Below are positions 19,702-29,831 of a stretch of 64,000 nucleotides of DNA, piece after piece. Each line of letters begins with the position of its first letter. Position 1 is the stretch's first letter. The notes beneath the pieces are model-generated. The model saw only the letters and a list, made by a program, of their open reading frames with translations. It searched no databases and was not told the origin of the DNA. A program made the translations under genes and the position numbers. The stretch comes from Thermoanaerobaculia bacterium (GTDB lineage: Bacteria > Acidobacteriota > Thermoanaerobaculia > Multivoradales > Multivoraceae). Location of the stretch: contig OY762911.1 of the NCBI GenBank assembly GCA_963666565.1, forward strand, positions 4,032,001 through 4,096,000, written 5' to 3'.

Positions 19702-21864
19702 TCAGTCGAAGAAGAACGGGCTCGTCCAGGCCGCGCCGCCGTCGGTCTGGACGACTCGCAGGTAGAGATAGCCGCCGGGCCGGAACTCAGGCAAGGCGAC
19801 GGTCAGGCTGCACTCGCGCTCGCCTTCGGGGCACAGCGCCTCGCCGGCCACGGCGCCGGCGCCGGCCGCTCCCTGGCGGCTGACGACGTCGATGCGCGCG
19901 ATCTCCGCCGGCGCGACCGCGCGGACGACGACCGTGCTCTCCGGCACGCCGGCGATCGGGCCGACCTCGCCGGCGGCGGCTTCGGCCGCCGGAATCGTCG
20001 CGCCGATCGGCCAGCCCGCGTAGCTCGCCCGGACCACGATCCGCGGACCGTTCGTGGCGTAGACGCGGCGCGCCAGGAGCGCCTCGCGGATCCCCTCCCG
20101 GGTCGCCTCGTCGCTCAGGACCGCGGTCACGCCGCCGCTCGGCGACGCCAGGTGCGCCAGGCCCGGATGGCCGTCGTGGCCGTCGCTCGAGCCTGTGAAC
20201 CCCAGCCGGTAGCCGCGGTCGAGGGCGTCGCGCACGAAGTTGCCGTCCACGGCGCCGCGGATCGGCACTCCCGGCGAATCCGCCGCCTCGCTCGACCCGT
20301 GAACGGAGACGATCTCGGTGACCGGCTCCAGCTCGGGCGGCGGCGGCGCGGACCAGTCGGTGGCGATCGGGTCGCCGGCCGAGTGGTGAGCGAAGGTCAG
20401 TACGCGAGCGCCCCGGAACCCGGCCCAGAGTTCCCGAGGCTCGTCGTAGCGCTCGTCGATGGCACTGAGCAGCAGGTCGTCCGCGGCGCCGGCGGCGGGG
20501 CCGTACGTAAGCGAGGCCGACTCCCTCCGATCGTGCGCTTCGCCGCGCTCGACCGGCGCCGCGCCCTGGCCCGCGTCGTCGAAGAACACGACGTGCCGGT
20601 GGCCGTGAACCCAGTTGGTCCACTCATAGCCGGCCAGCGCGACGAAGCGTCCCGCATCGTGCCGGCGAGCGACGGCCTCCAGCGTCCGCCGCCAGATCGA
20701 GGGTTCGCCGTCCATGAAGCGCATGCCCCAGTGGTCGTGGTCGGTCACCGCCGCGGCGTCGAGGGCGGCCACCTCCCGCGCGTAGCGCAGCAGGTCGTTC
20801 GGCGTTGCCGAACCGTCCGAGAGGCCCGAGTGGTTCTGCAGATCGGCCCACAGAATGCGCCGGCCGGCCGGCGAGACGAGGAGAGGGTTGCTTTCCGCCT
20901 CGAAACCGGAATCCAACCCGGCGCCGTCCGCCCTCCCCTCCACCCGCACCACGCCGCCGAGCTCGGCGGAAAGCCTGAGCGGAACGACCAGGCGGCCGCG
21001 GTCCTCGTCCTTCAAGGGCAGAGAGACGACTTGCCGGGAAGCGCCGTCCGAGCCGGGCTCGCCGCCCCAGCGGGACTCGGTGCGCGAACGGATCGTGCGG
21101 AGACGCTCCACGCCGTCGACCCAGACGCCCGCGGGCAGCCGCAGATCGAGCGTGCCGCGAAACGCGGGCCAGCCGTTGCCGGCCGCATCGACCAGGGCTG
21201 CCGCCAGGTCGACCGAGTCGCCGGGCCGCGCCGTCGACGGCAGGTGCAGCAGCAGGCGCGCAGGCGGCCCCGGCAGGACGTCGACGGCTGGGGATTCGGC
21301 GATCAGTTCCCGGATGCCGTCGCCGTCGCCGTCGACAGCCACCCAGAATCGCGACTCCCGCTCCGCGTAGCGGTCGGCCAGCGCGCCCGCCGGGCCGGCG
21401 CCGTAGGTGATCTCGACCTCTTCTCCCGCCGCAAGCGCCCGGCCGCCGACGCCGATGGCGAGCAACTGCTGGTCCAGCGTTTCCGCCGAGAGTTCGACGC
21501 CGACGGCGTCCGTCTCGATCATCGTGTAGCCCAGCGCCCGCGGACGCTCCGTCTGCGGCGTGCTCCAGCCCCAGAAGGGCGACACCTGGAGATGGACGGT
21601 TCCCCCGACCGCCACGCCCTCCGGCCCCGCCCGGTAGACGATTCGCCAGCTTCCCGGACTTCCCGCGACCGCCGGCCCCCTCAAGGCCTCGACGGTGGCG
21701 GCGCCGCCGCCGTCGGCGATCGATCGCGGTCGCAGCAGGTCGGCCCGGAGCTCTTCGACCACGTCGTGACGCGCTGAGCGATCGGGCCACGGGTCGCCCG
21801 ACGGTTCTTCCGGCGCCGACCCACAGGCAATCGCGGCAAGCGCCATCGCCGTAGCCAAGCCCAT
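19702..21864 (-). CDS. PHP-like metallohydrolase lipoprotein (DUF3604 / CehA-McbA-like)
   Basis: Lipobox AIAC; 'WADLQNHSGLSDG', 'TDHDH', 'GYEWT...GHRHV', 'GSSDGH'. Confidence 0.75.
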   Translation of the reverse strand: MGLATAMALAAIACGSAPEEPSGDPWPDRSARHDVVEELRADLLRPRSIADGGGAATVEALRGPAVAGSPGSWRIVYRAGPEGVAVGGTVHLQVSPFWGWSTPQTERPRALGYTMIETDAVGVELSAETLDQQLLAIGVGGRALAAGEEVEITYGAGPAGALADRYAERESRFWVAVDGDGDGIRELIAESPAVDVLPGPPARLLLHLPSTARPGDSVDLAAALVDAAGNGWPAFRGTLDLRLPAGVWVDGVERLRTIRSRTESRWGGEPGSDGASRQVVSLPLKDEDRGRLVVPLRLSAELGGVVRVEGRADGAGLDSGFEAESNPLLVSPAGRRILWADLQNHSGLSDGSATPNDLLRYAREVAALDAAAVTDHDHWGMRFMDGEPSIWRRTLEAVARRHDAGRFVALAGYEWTNWVHGHRHVVFFDDAGQGAAPVERGEAHDRRESASLTYGPAAGAADDLLLSAIDERYDEPRELWAGFRGARVLTFAHHSAGDPIATDWSAPPPPELEPVTEIVSVHGSSEAADSPGVPIRGAVDGNFVRDALDRGYRLGFTGSSDGHDGHPGLAHLASPSGGVTAVLSDEATREGIREALLARRVYATNGPRIVVRASYAGWPIGATIPAAEAAAGEVGPIAGVPESTVVVRAVAPAEIARIDVVSRQGAAGAGAVAGEALCPEGERECSLTVALPEFRPGGYLYLRVVQTDGGAAWTSPFFFD

Positions 21865-22036
21865 ACGGGCGCGGCCTCTCACATCACTCCGAGAATGCAC
21901 GATTACTCCTCGCGCGGGGACGAGACTTCGAGAATCCGGCTGTCGATCACGGTCAGGTCGTGAGTGCTCATCCGGTTCCTCCGCTTCGCTGGATCCTCTC
22001 ACGAGGCCCTGAGTCGCTGTAGTGTCGCACGCCCGC

Positions 22037-22600
22037 ATGCCCTGCAAGATCGCCTTCATCGGGACCCACGGCGTCGGCAAGACGACCCTCGCCTACGGGC
22101 TCGCCTCGCGCCTCAAGCGTCGCGACGTCAACCTCGACGTCGTGGTCGAGGTCGCGCGCCGCTGCCCCCTCCCCCTGAACGAGGGAACGACCCTGGAGGC
22201 CCAGTCGTGGATCCTCCACTCGCAGATCGCCGAGGAACTGACCGCCGAGGCCCGTTCGCCGGTCGTCATCTGCGACCGCAGCGTCCTCGACAACTACGTC
22301 TACCTCCTGGTAGCCAGCGGCAGCCAGCCGGCGATGGAACCGCTGATCGAGTCCTGGTGCAAGACGTACCGCCTGCTGGTCCACGTGCCGATCCTGCATG
22401 GCAGCGAGGCGCAGGCCGACGGCGTCCGCACCACGGATCCCGCCTTCCGCCGCCAGATCGACGACCGGCTCCGGGACGAGCTGGCGGACCGCCGCATCGA
22501 CGTGCTGGCGCTCCGTTCGGAGCGCCGGGACGGCTGGCTCGACACGGTCGAGGAAGCGGTCGCGAACGAGCTCCGCATTCCCCAGCTCGACCTGCTCTGA
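22037..22600 (+). CDS. AAA_28/NadR-like P-loop kinase/ATPase
   Basis: KIAFIGTHGVGKTT, EVAR, ICDRSVLD, DGVR. Confidence 0.85.
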   Translation: MPCKIAFIGTHGVGKTTLAYGLASRLKRRDVNLDVVVEVARRCPLPLNEGTTLEAQSWILHSQIAEELTAEARSPVVICDRSVLDNYVYLLVASGSQPAMEPLIESWCKTYRLLVHVPILHGSEAQADGVRTTDPAFRRQIDDRLRDELADRRIDVLALRSERRDGWLDTVEEAVANELRIPQLDLL

Positions 22601-22724
22601 GCCGTCCCGGACACGCATATACTCACCGCCCGAAAGCGAACCCGAACCGCCAACCGACACGCACCGCGACCGAACCTCCGCGCCCCGGAGGCGCCCCGGT
22701 CGACGCGTCCGACAGGAGCCGCCC

Positions 22725-23891
22725 ATGTCCCGTCCCTTCCTGCGCACCGAACTCTGCGACATGCTGGGGATCGAGTATCCCGTGTTCTCCGCCGGCATGG
22801 GGCCCGTGGCGGGAGGCGCGGAACCCGTCGCCAGGGCCGACCTGGTGGCGGCGGTGTCCGAGGCCGGCGGCCTGGGCGTGATCGGCGGCGTCGCCTACAG
22901 CCCCGAAGACCTGCGCGCCGAGATCGCCAAGGTCCGCGCGAAGACGGACAAGCCGTTCGGCGTCGACCTGCTGCTGGCCACGAACTTCCTGGAGAAGGCG
23001 GGTACGGGACCGACCTCGGCGACCGTGCCGACGCGCGACCTGGTGCCGGCGGAAACGCGCGACGCGCTGCGGAAGATGGCCGAGGGTCTCGGCATCGAAT
23101 GGCTCGAGGCGCCGCCCCCGGCGCCGAGCTGGGCCGTGCCCGAGGGCCAGAGCTACGCCGGCGCCCAGATGGAAGTCCTGCTGGAAGAGAAGATCCCGGT
23201 GTTCGCCTCCGGCCTCGGTTCGCCCGCGCCCTTCGCCAGAGCGCTCAAGGACGCCGGCATCAAGATCGTCTCCCTGGTCGGCAACGCGCGCGCCGCGCGA
23301 CGCGTCGCCGAGGGCGGCGCCGACATCGTCGTCGCCCAGGGCACCGAAGCCGGCGGCCACACCGGCAAGATCGGCACCCTGGCGCTCCTGCCCCAGGTTA
23401 TGGACGCGGTTGCGCCGATTCCGGTCGTCGCCGCGGGCGGCGTCGCCGACGGCCGCGGCCTGGCGGCGGTCATCGCCGCCGGCGCCATCGGCGCCTGGTG
23501 CGGCACCGCCTTCCTGGTTTCGAACGAGGCGAACCAGCCCGCGCTGCAGAAGCAGCGCATCCTGGAGGCCGCCACCGAGGACACGGTGGTCACCCGTCTC
23601 TACAGCGGCAAGACGATGCGGAACATCACGAATCCGTTGATCCAGGCCTGGGAAGCGAGCGGCATCCGGGCGCTGCCGATGGGGCTCCAGGGCGTGCTCA
23701 CCCGCGACCTGCTGCACTCGATCCGCACGGCCGGACGGGACGACCTGCTGATGAACGCCGCCGGCCAGGCCTCCGGCATGCTGCAGAAGACCCGCCCGGC
23801 CAGCGAGATCCTCCACGAGATGGTGGCGGACGCCTCGCACCTGCTGGGCGCGCGGCTTTCGCAACGGGTTCAGGTCCAGGTCGCCGTCTAA
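22725..23891 (+). CDS. Nitronate monooxygenase / FabK-like flavoprotein
   Basis: AVSEAGGLG, KPFGVDL, QGTEAGGH, AAGGVADGRG; AGGAG RBS. Confidence 0.9.
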   Translation: MSRPFLRTELCDMLGIEYPVFSAGMGPVAGGAEPVARADLVAAVSEAGGLGVIGGVAYSPEDLRAEIAKVRAKTDKPFGVDLLLATNFLEKAGTGPTSATVPTRDLVPAETRDALRKMAEGLGIEWLEAPPPAPSWAVPEGQSYAGAQMEVLLEEKIPVFASGLGSPAPFARALKDAGIKIVSLVGNARAARRVAEGGADIVVAQGTEAGGHTGKIGTLALLPQVMDAVAPIPVVAAGGVADGRGLAAVIAAGAIGAWCGTAFLVSNEANQPALQKQRILEAATEDTVVTRLYSGKTMRNITNPLIQAWEASGIRALPMGLQGVLTRDLLHSIRTAGRDDLLMNAAGQASGMLQKTRPASEILHEMVADASHLLGARLSQRVQVQVAV

Positions 23892-23897
23892 GGTGCC

Positions 23898-24027
23898 GGG
23901 TGCGCGGGTCTTCTGACCCGCTCGCGGGCTGTGCCGCGTAGCGGCGCAGCCCCGAAGAGAACCGCCGGCCGGCGAGCGCGCCGAACGGGGCGCCAGGCCG
24001 AGCGGGTCGAAAGACCCGCGCACCCAG
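23898..24027. repeat. Inverted pair of REP-like palindromes (REPIN-like) between convergent genes
   Basis: GGGTGCGCGGGTCTTCTGACCCGC (23898-23921) and GCGGGTCGAAAGACCCGCGCACCCAG (24002-24027). Confidence 0.85.
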
Positions 24028-24057
24028 CGGAAGGCTGCCGACGACGACGGACGCCGT

Positions 24058-25149
24058 CTACCACCGCCTCGCATCGGGCTCGATCGCCTCCAGGTCGAAG
24101 CAGTGGTATCCGGCGGGGTGCCGCCAGAACCGCTCCCGGTACGGATACATCCGCAACGACGCCTGGTCGGTCGGCGCATCCAGGCTGAATGTCGCGCAGA
24201 GTTCGTACGCCTTCTCGCCGGTCGGCCGGAACTCGTAGGGCCGCCTGGTCTCGGGATCGATGATCGACTCGATGCCGATGTCCCGCTCGCCGCTGAGCGC
24301 GTCCAGGCTCCCCGGAAGCGCACCGGTCCGCTCCCAGTAGACGTCGACCGCCCGAACGATGTCCCGCAGGTTGCCGACCCGCGCGACATCGAGGCCGCGC
24401 TCCCGCGCCTCGCCGGGCGAGCCGACCGCCACCAGGCCCAGAACGACCGCCACGCCGACGGCTGCCGCCGACGCTCCGGCGAACACGGCCGGCAGTCTCG
24501 GCGCCTGGTCCCCCGCAGCCTCTTCCGCCTCGTCCTGGCGCAGATCCCAGAAGTAGTAGCCGAAGACGCTCCCTGCGGTCGCCGCGACCACGCCGACCTT
24601 CAGGATGAACCTGACGGCCAGCTCGCCGCCCAGCGCGAAGAAAACGAGCGCGATCAGGTCGCCGGCCAGGACTCCGGCGGCGACGAAGAGCGTCAGGTAG
24701 GTCAGCCACTTCCTGATTCGCGACGAGCGCAGGTCGGGGTCGCCGCGCAGGGTGCGGCGGACCTTCCTCTGGATCAGCAGGAAGGCCGGGAAGGAGATGA
24801 CGAGATAGGCCAGCCCCCAGCGCAACATCTCCGCGGAAGCCGCAGCCGGGAGAGTGAAGGCCGCGTCCGGGAAGGCCCGGTTGATCAGCACGAACAGGAC
24901 GTTGCCGAAGCTGATCGCCGCCGTGTACAGGGCCGCGAACAGCAGCAGGTAGAGAAAAGCCTCCCGCGCCCCCACGTACGGCCGCGGCCGCGGGATCGGC
25001 GCCACGAACTCCTGGTCCACCCAGGCGCCGAGCGCCTTGTCGATGTCGGCTTGGCGCCAACTCGCGTCGGCCAGCGCCTCCCGGATCTCGTCGCGGCTCG
25101 CGCCCCGCGACAGTGCTTCTCTTACGAACCGGCTCAGTTCCTCGTTCAC
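24058..25149 (-). CDS. DUF5671-type membrane protein
   Basis: 'FVREAL..G.SR.EI...L..A.W', 'PIPRP', 'AREAFLYLLLF', 'IRKWLTYLTLF', pilin-like C-terminus 'DPET..PYE....YELCATF'. Confidence 0.8.
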   Translation of the reverse strand: MNEELSRFVREALSRGASRDEIREALADASWRQADIDKALGAWVDQEFVAPIPRPRPYVGAREAFLYLLLFAALYTAAISFGNVLFVLINRAFPDAAFTLPAAASAEMLRWGLAYLVISFPAFLLIQRKVRRTLRGDPDLRSSRIRKWLTYLTLFVAAGVLAGDLIALVFFALGGELAVRFILKVGVVAATAGSVFGYYFWDLRQDEAEEAAGDQAPRLPAVFAGASAAAVGVAVVLGLVAVGSPGEARERGLDVARVGNLRDIVRAVDVYWERTGALPGSLDALSGERDIGIESIIDPETRRPYEFRPTGEKAYELCATFSLDAPTDQASLRMYPYRERFWRHPAGYHCFDLEAIEPDARRW

Positions 25150-25165
25150 GGTGCTTCCTCCGCGT

Positions 25166-25210
25166 TGTTGACGTTGTCAACATTACTCGCGATGCCCCGC
25201 CAAGTCAACA
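25166..25210 (-). promoter_or_regulatory. Sigma70-type promoter with overlapping palindromic operator
   Basis: Minus strand TTGACT-17 nt-TAATGT. Palindrome TGTTGAC-gtt-GTCAACA (25166-25182) over the -10/+1 region, plus an extra half-site at the -35. Confidence 0.7.
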
Positions 25211-25333
25211 GCGGGCGCTACCGCCCGGAGACCCCTCGCAAGCTCGGTGTTTCGGCCCATCCCGTCCTCGTCCAGGAGCCTGCGCCGCAGACTCACCCTG
25301 TAGCGTTCCGCGGCGCAAGCTAGGATCCCCGCC

Positions 25334-26032
25334 ATGACTTCGACAGCCCTTCTCGACGCCCTCCGCTCTCTCGATACGCCGACGGTGTGCAACGCGCTGG
25401 AGGTCGTGGCGCCCAAGCGGCGCGGGCACGGCTACACCGTCGATCCGCTCGTGTGCGCACGGCCCGGCCTGTCGCCGATCGTCGGCTTCGCCCGCACGGC
25501 CCGCATCCGGGCCCGGCACCCGAACGCGGCCGATCCGAAGGACGCGCGCCGCGCCTCCGTCGGCTACTACGAGTACCTGGCTTCGGGAGAAGGCCCGACG
25601 ATCACGGTGATCCAGGACCTCGACGACGGCGCTCGCGGCTACGGCGCCTTCTGGGGCGAGGTGAACTCGAACATCCATCTCGGCCTGGGCTGTCTCGGCG
25701 TGATCACGGACGGCAGCATCCGCGACATGGACGACATCGCCAGGGGCTTCCAGTTGCTCGCCGGCCGGGTCGGTCCGTCACATGCGTTCGTGCATGTGGT
25801 CGACTACGGCGGTGCGGTGACGGTCGCCGGCATGGCGGTCTCGGACGGCGACCTGATCCACGCCGACCGGCACGGCGCCGTCGTCGTCCCAACCGACGTG
25901 GCCGACCAGGTCGAGGCGGCGGCCGACCTGATCGCCCGGCGCGAACGGGTGATCATCGACGCCGCCAAACAGCCGGACTTCGACTTCGAGAAGCTGAAGG
26001 CCGCCTGGGGCGAGGCGGCGGAGATCCACTGA
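25334..26032 (+). CDS. RraA / HMG-aldolase family protein
   Basis: DTPTVCNALE, AFWGEV, TDGSIRD, GDLIHADRHGAVVVP. Confidence 0.9.
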   Translation: MTSTALLDALRSLDTPTVCNALEVVAPKRRGHGYTVDPLVCARPGLSPIVGFARTARIRARHPNAADPKDARRASVGYYEYLASGEGPTITVIQDLDDGARGYGAFWGEVNSNIHLGLGCLGVITDGSIRDMDDIARGFQLLAGRVGPSHAFVHVVDYGGAVTVAGMAVSDGDLIHADRHGAVVVPTDVADQVEAAADLIARRERVIIDAAKQPDFDFEKLKAAWGEAAEIH

Positions 26033-26048
26033 GCCGGCGGCGAGCTGC

Positions 26049-27599
26049 TCAGGCCGTCACGGGCTCGATCGGCGTAACGATGCCGAGCGCGTCCTCGATC
26101 GCCTGCCCCGCCTCGAGGCAGAGGCCCTCGCGGTAGCGGCCGCCGATCACTTCGACGACCTGGGGCAGGCCATTGGCGACGCCGGTGGGCACGCAGACGG
26201 CCGGCAGGCCGAGCAGGTTGAGGGCGACCTCGAAGCGCATCTGGCGAAGGACCGCCCCTGGATCGTCGAGGTCCAGGCCGATGACGAAGGGCGGCTCGGT
26301 CATTATCGGGCCGACCGTGATGGGGTAGTCCTCCTGGAACTCCTGCCAGGCGGCGGCGATCGCGTGGCGCTGCGCGTACATGTCCGCGTACTCGGTCGCC
26401 GACTCGACGTCGAACAGGTCGAGCGCTTCGATGAGGAAGGCGTAGGCGTCTTCCGACATGATCTCCTGGAGCGACGCCCGGGCGAGATTCAGCTCGTAGC
26501 CGAGGAAGACCTCCCAGGCCCGCAGCGCCTCGGCGGTCATCGGCGGCTCGACCTCCTCCACCGCGTACCCCGCCGCCTCCAGCGCCTCGCCGGCGGCGCG
26601 CACGCCGGCCGCGACGTCCGGGTGGGTCGAACCGCCGCTCGGTTCGGGCACCAGGGCGACCTTGATCGGCGACGACGGGACCTCCAGATCGAGCGGCACG
26701 GGGACCGACCACGGATCGCTCCGGTGATAGCGCCCGAGCAGCTCATAGGCAGCGCGGAGGTCGGCGACGCGACGCGCCATCGGACCGTCGACGGCCATCA
26801 ACTGGCCCGACATGCTGCCGCCGGTGGGGCTGGCGATCCGTCCGAGCGTCGGCTTGAGCGACGCGATGCCGTTGCACTGGGCCGGGATGCGGAGCGAACC
26901 GCCGATGTCGTTGCCGAGACCGAGGCAACTCATGCCGGCGGCCAGGGCCGCTCCTTCCCCGCCACTCGAACCGCCGACGTTGCGGTCGGCCGCCCAGGGG
27001 TTCCGGGTGACTCCGTAGAGCCCGCTGTCGGTGTGAACGCGGAGCCCCAGGTCGGGGAGGTTCGTCCGGGTGAGCGGGATGGCACCCGCCTCCTTGAGCC
27101 GGGTGACGATCAGCGCGTCCTCGTCCGCGATCGCGTCGGCGAGCGCGGGTACGCCGTTCGTGGTCGGCGTGCCCGCGACGGCGATGTTGTCCTTGACCGA
27201 GATCGGCACGCCGTGGAGCGGGCCCAGCTCGGCGCCCGTCGCCACCGCCTCGTCGGCGGCCTGCGCGGCGGCGCGCGCCTCGTCGGCGAGCACGCGCACG
27301 ACCGCGTTCAGGTGGCCGTTCACCGCGTCGATCCGCGCGAGGTGCGACTCGACGACTTCCAGGCTGGAGACCTCGCCGCGGCGGATGGCCGCAGCCAGTT
27401 CGCCGGCGCTGGCGCGCCAGAGGTCGTCCGGCATGGGGCCGGCTGCCGTGCCGGCGGCGGCCGCGCCGGTGGGAGCGGCCGCATCGCCGTCGCACCCGGC
27501 GAGCAGTCCGGCCGCGCCGGCAAGCGAGAGAGCGTGGAGGACGTGGCGGCGCGAGACGCCGTTGACTTCCTGGGGTTCGGGTTCGTGGGTCGTCGTCAT
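26049..27599 (-). CDS. Amidase-signature enzyme with Tat/lipoprotein signal
   Basis: SRRHVL..LLAGC; GVPISVKD, GGSSGGEG, GNDIGGSLRIPA; GGAG RBS before ATG 27599. Confidence 0.9.
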   Translation of the reverse strand: MTTTHEPEPQEVNGVSRRHVLHALSLAGAAGLLAGCDGDAAAPTGAAAAGTAAGPMPDDLWRASAGELAAAIRRGEVSSLEVVESHLARIDAVNGHLNAVVRVLADEARAAAQAADEAVATGAELGPLHGVPISVKDNIAVAGTPTTNGVPALADAIADEDALIVTRLKEAGAIPLTRTNLPDLGLRVHTDSGLYGVTRNPWAADRNVGGSSGGEGAALAAGMSCLGLGNDIGGSLRIPAQCNGIASLKPTLGRIASPTGGSMSGQLMAVDGPMARRVADLRAAYELLGRYHRSDPWSVPVPLDLEVPSSPIKVALVPEPSGGSTHPDVAAGVRAAGEALEAAGYAVEEVEPPMTAEALRAWEVFLGYELNLARASLQEIMSEDAYAFLIEALDLFDVESATEYADMYAQRHAIAAAWQEFQEDYPITVGPIMTEPPFVIGLDLDDPGAVLRQMRFEVALNLLGLPAVCVPTGVANGLPQVVEVIGGRYREGLCLEAGQAIEDALGIVTPIEPVTA

Positions 27600-27657
27600 C
27601 GTCGCGTCTCCAGGGGTTGCTGTGGGGCTATTGCCGGGCCGGGGCCTCACGCCGGAT

Positions 27658-27683
27658 GCCGGCGGGGACGCCGGCGCACCCGG
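27658..27683 (+). repeat. Variant REP-like palindrome
   Basis: GCCGGCGGGGACGCCGGCGCACCCGG: a different hairpin with the same GCGCACCC tail as the main family; intergenic. Confidence 0.55.
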
Positions 27684-27691
27684 CAGGGTTG

Positions 27692-28840
27692 CTAGCCACT
27701 GGCGCGGAGGTCCTCGAGGTCGAGCGTCTCGGCGAGCACCGGCACGCCGTCCATTCCGCGGACTTCCAGGGTCACCGAGCGGGCATCCCAGTCGATGGAC
27801 AGCGCGCCGTAGTTCTCGGGCTGGTACGTGGGGCCGAGACGGTACGGCCCCGCCTCTTCCCCGCTGCTGAAGGCCGCGTTGAGCGAACTCGCGGTGAGTT
27901 CCAGAAGCGGGTAGTCCAGGGCGTCGTCGCGGCGGTAGATGCCGCCCCGGTGCCGGTCGCCGGAGATCATCACCACGCCGTTCGCGCCGGTCTCGCGAAG
28001 CAGCGCGTAGAGACGGTCGCGCTCGGCCGGCAGATGCCGCCACGCCTCGTAGCCGTGACCGTCGGCGATCACCTGGATCGACGACGCGAGGATGCGCAGA
28101 TCCGCCTCCTCCTGGAGCACCTCCCGCAGCCAGGCCCACTGCTCCTCGCCGAGCATCGTCTTGGCCGGATCGGGATCCGGCAGATAGCGCTCCTTGCCCG
28201 GGGCGCCCCGCTCGTCCGTGGGCCGCAGGGCGGAGCGGAAGTACCGGGTATCGAGCAGGATGAGCTGGACCCGCCGCCCCGGCGGGCCCCAGGTCACGGC
28301 GTCGTAGACTCCCGGCCGGGAGGCGCGCTCGGAGTCCGCCGGCACGTCCCAGAAGTCCTCGAAGATCCGCTGCGCCTCCTCGCGGCCGAAGAAGTCGGCG
28401 CCGCCGTCGTTCAGGCCGTAGTCGTGATCGTCCCAGGTCGCGGCCAGCGGCACGGCGGCGCGCAGCCGGCTGAAGCCGTCCGCCGCGGCCTGCATCGCGT
28501 AGGCCTCCCGCAGCTCCCGCAGGTCCTCGGACTCGACGTCGCCATAGACGTTGTCGCCGAGGAACACGAAGAGGTCGAGGTCGTCCTCCAGGATGGCGTC
28601 GAAGATCGGTTGCGGCAGGTCCTGCCTGAGGCAGGAACCGACGCCGATCCGCTCGAGAGCGGGCTCGGACGCCGCGGCGTCCGGCTCGGGCGATTCGTCC
28701 GCGCCGCCGCAGGCGACGAAGAGAAGGAGCGCAGCCGACGGCAGGAGGGCGCACGCAGACCGGAACGAGCGGCGCCTTCCGCCCGGACGCGGGCAGGACG
28801 CGCGCGTTCCCGGCCCCGGGGGCCCAGTTCTCTGCTTCAC
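27692..28840 (-). CDS. phoD: Alkaline phosphatase D family lipoprotein (start uncertain)
   Basis: GSC, LGDNVYGD, TWDDHDY, LLDTRYFR, MLGEEQW.WL, ISGDRH; lipobox FVAC. Confidence 0.88.
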   Translation of the reverse strand: MKQRTGPPGPGTRASCPRPGGRRRSFRSACALLPSAALLLFVACGGADESPEPDAAASEPALERIGVGSCLRQDLPQPIFDAILEDDLDLFVFLGDNVYGDVESEDLRELREAYAMQAAADGFSRLRAAVPLAATWDDHDYGLNDGGADFFGREEAQRIFEDFWDVPADSERASRPGVYDAVTWGPPGRRVQLILLDTRYFRSALRPTDERGAPGKERYLPDPDPAKTMLGEEQWAWLREVLQEEADLRILASSIQVIADGHGYEAWRHLPAERDRLYALLRETGANGVVMISGDRHRGGIYRRDDALDYPLLELTASSLNAAFSSGEEAGPYRLGPTYQPENYGALSIDWDARSVTLEVRGMDGVPVLAETLDLEDLRASG

Positions 28841-29831
28841 GGCACACTCTCTCGATATCGAACGTGGACGGGTCGGGCAGTTTCCCGGCGGCGACCATCT
28901 CATCGATCAGCTTCTCCGTCTCCGTTACTCGGTCCCTCTCCGCGTAGGCCCGGCGTCGCGCCACGACCTGCGGATGTTCAAGCATCGGACAGTATCCCAG
29001 CATCCGCTGCTTCACCTTGGGCCACTTCCGCCGCAGGTAGAGGTTCGGCTGGTAGGACTCGTCCCATTCCGGCGTCACGTAGTCCCTCAGGTCGAACGGC
29101 CGCCGGAGTCGCCACACGCCATCCTCGTGGACGATGCTCGGGTCGTCCCCGGAGCAGAGATGCTCGTAGAACCACATGCCCTCGTAGTTCGACTCCAGGT
29201 CGGCAAGGGACAGGACGCCCGACACGGCCTTGCCGAGGATCGTGATCTCGTGCCGCAAACCGCGACGCAGGGCCCGGAGTTCGGCGTCCGCTGGCGTCAT
29301 GCCCCGCTTGCGCGCCTTGCGGTACCAGCCGTGGTAGTACCAGGCGGTGCCCAGAAGGTGGGTCAGCTTGTCGGTACCGAACCGCACGCCGTTCACCTCC
29401 ACCGTCGGACTCGGCGGCATCCAGCGGCCGGTATCGAACAGCGACGAGGTCCCGCCGTAGAGGTACTTCGCCTCGAACTCCCGCATCTCCTCCGGTCCCG
29501 ACGGCGAGCGGCTGACCAGCGGCGAGTTCGCCGACCAGGTCTCGAAGCCGTCGAAGAACAGCATCCGGTGGCGCTTGAAGAACCGCAACCGCACGTTCTG
29601 GCAACGGCGGTCCTTGCCGTCCCGGTTCAGTTCGGCGACCAGGCGCTCGAGTTCCAGGTTGACGCGGGCGTTCAGCACCTCCGTCGCGTCGTCGAGGCGC
29701 CGGCCCCAGGCGAAGAACTGGTCCGTCTCGAGAGCCGGCGCCGCGCCGGCGCCGCAGAGCCCGAGGAGCGCCGTCGCGGCCGCTGCCACCAGGACAAAGC
29801 GGCGACGTGCCGGGCTAGCGGGTCGCGACAT
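28820..29831 (-). CDS. Secreted hypothetical protein with no stop codon of its own (reads through into downstream genes)
   Basis: Signal peptide, then protein-like sequence ('LETDQF', 'GTDKLTH', 'SLADLESNYEG', 'WDESYQPN') up to ~28820. The frame stays open to 26049. Confidence 0.65.

Noticed and set aside
26049-29831. Single genuine 1260-aa multidomain protein
   Set aside because: The middle third is Arg/Pro/Gly-rich out-of-frame translation of phoD, and the amidase has its own RBS and signal peptide.
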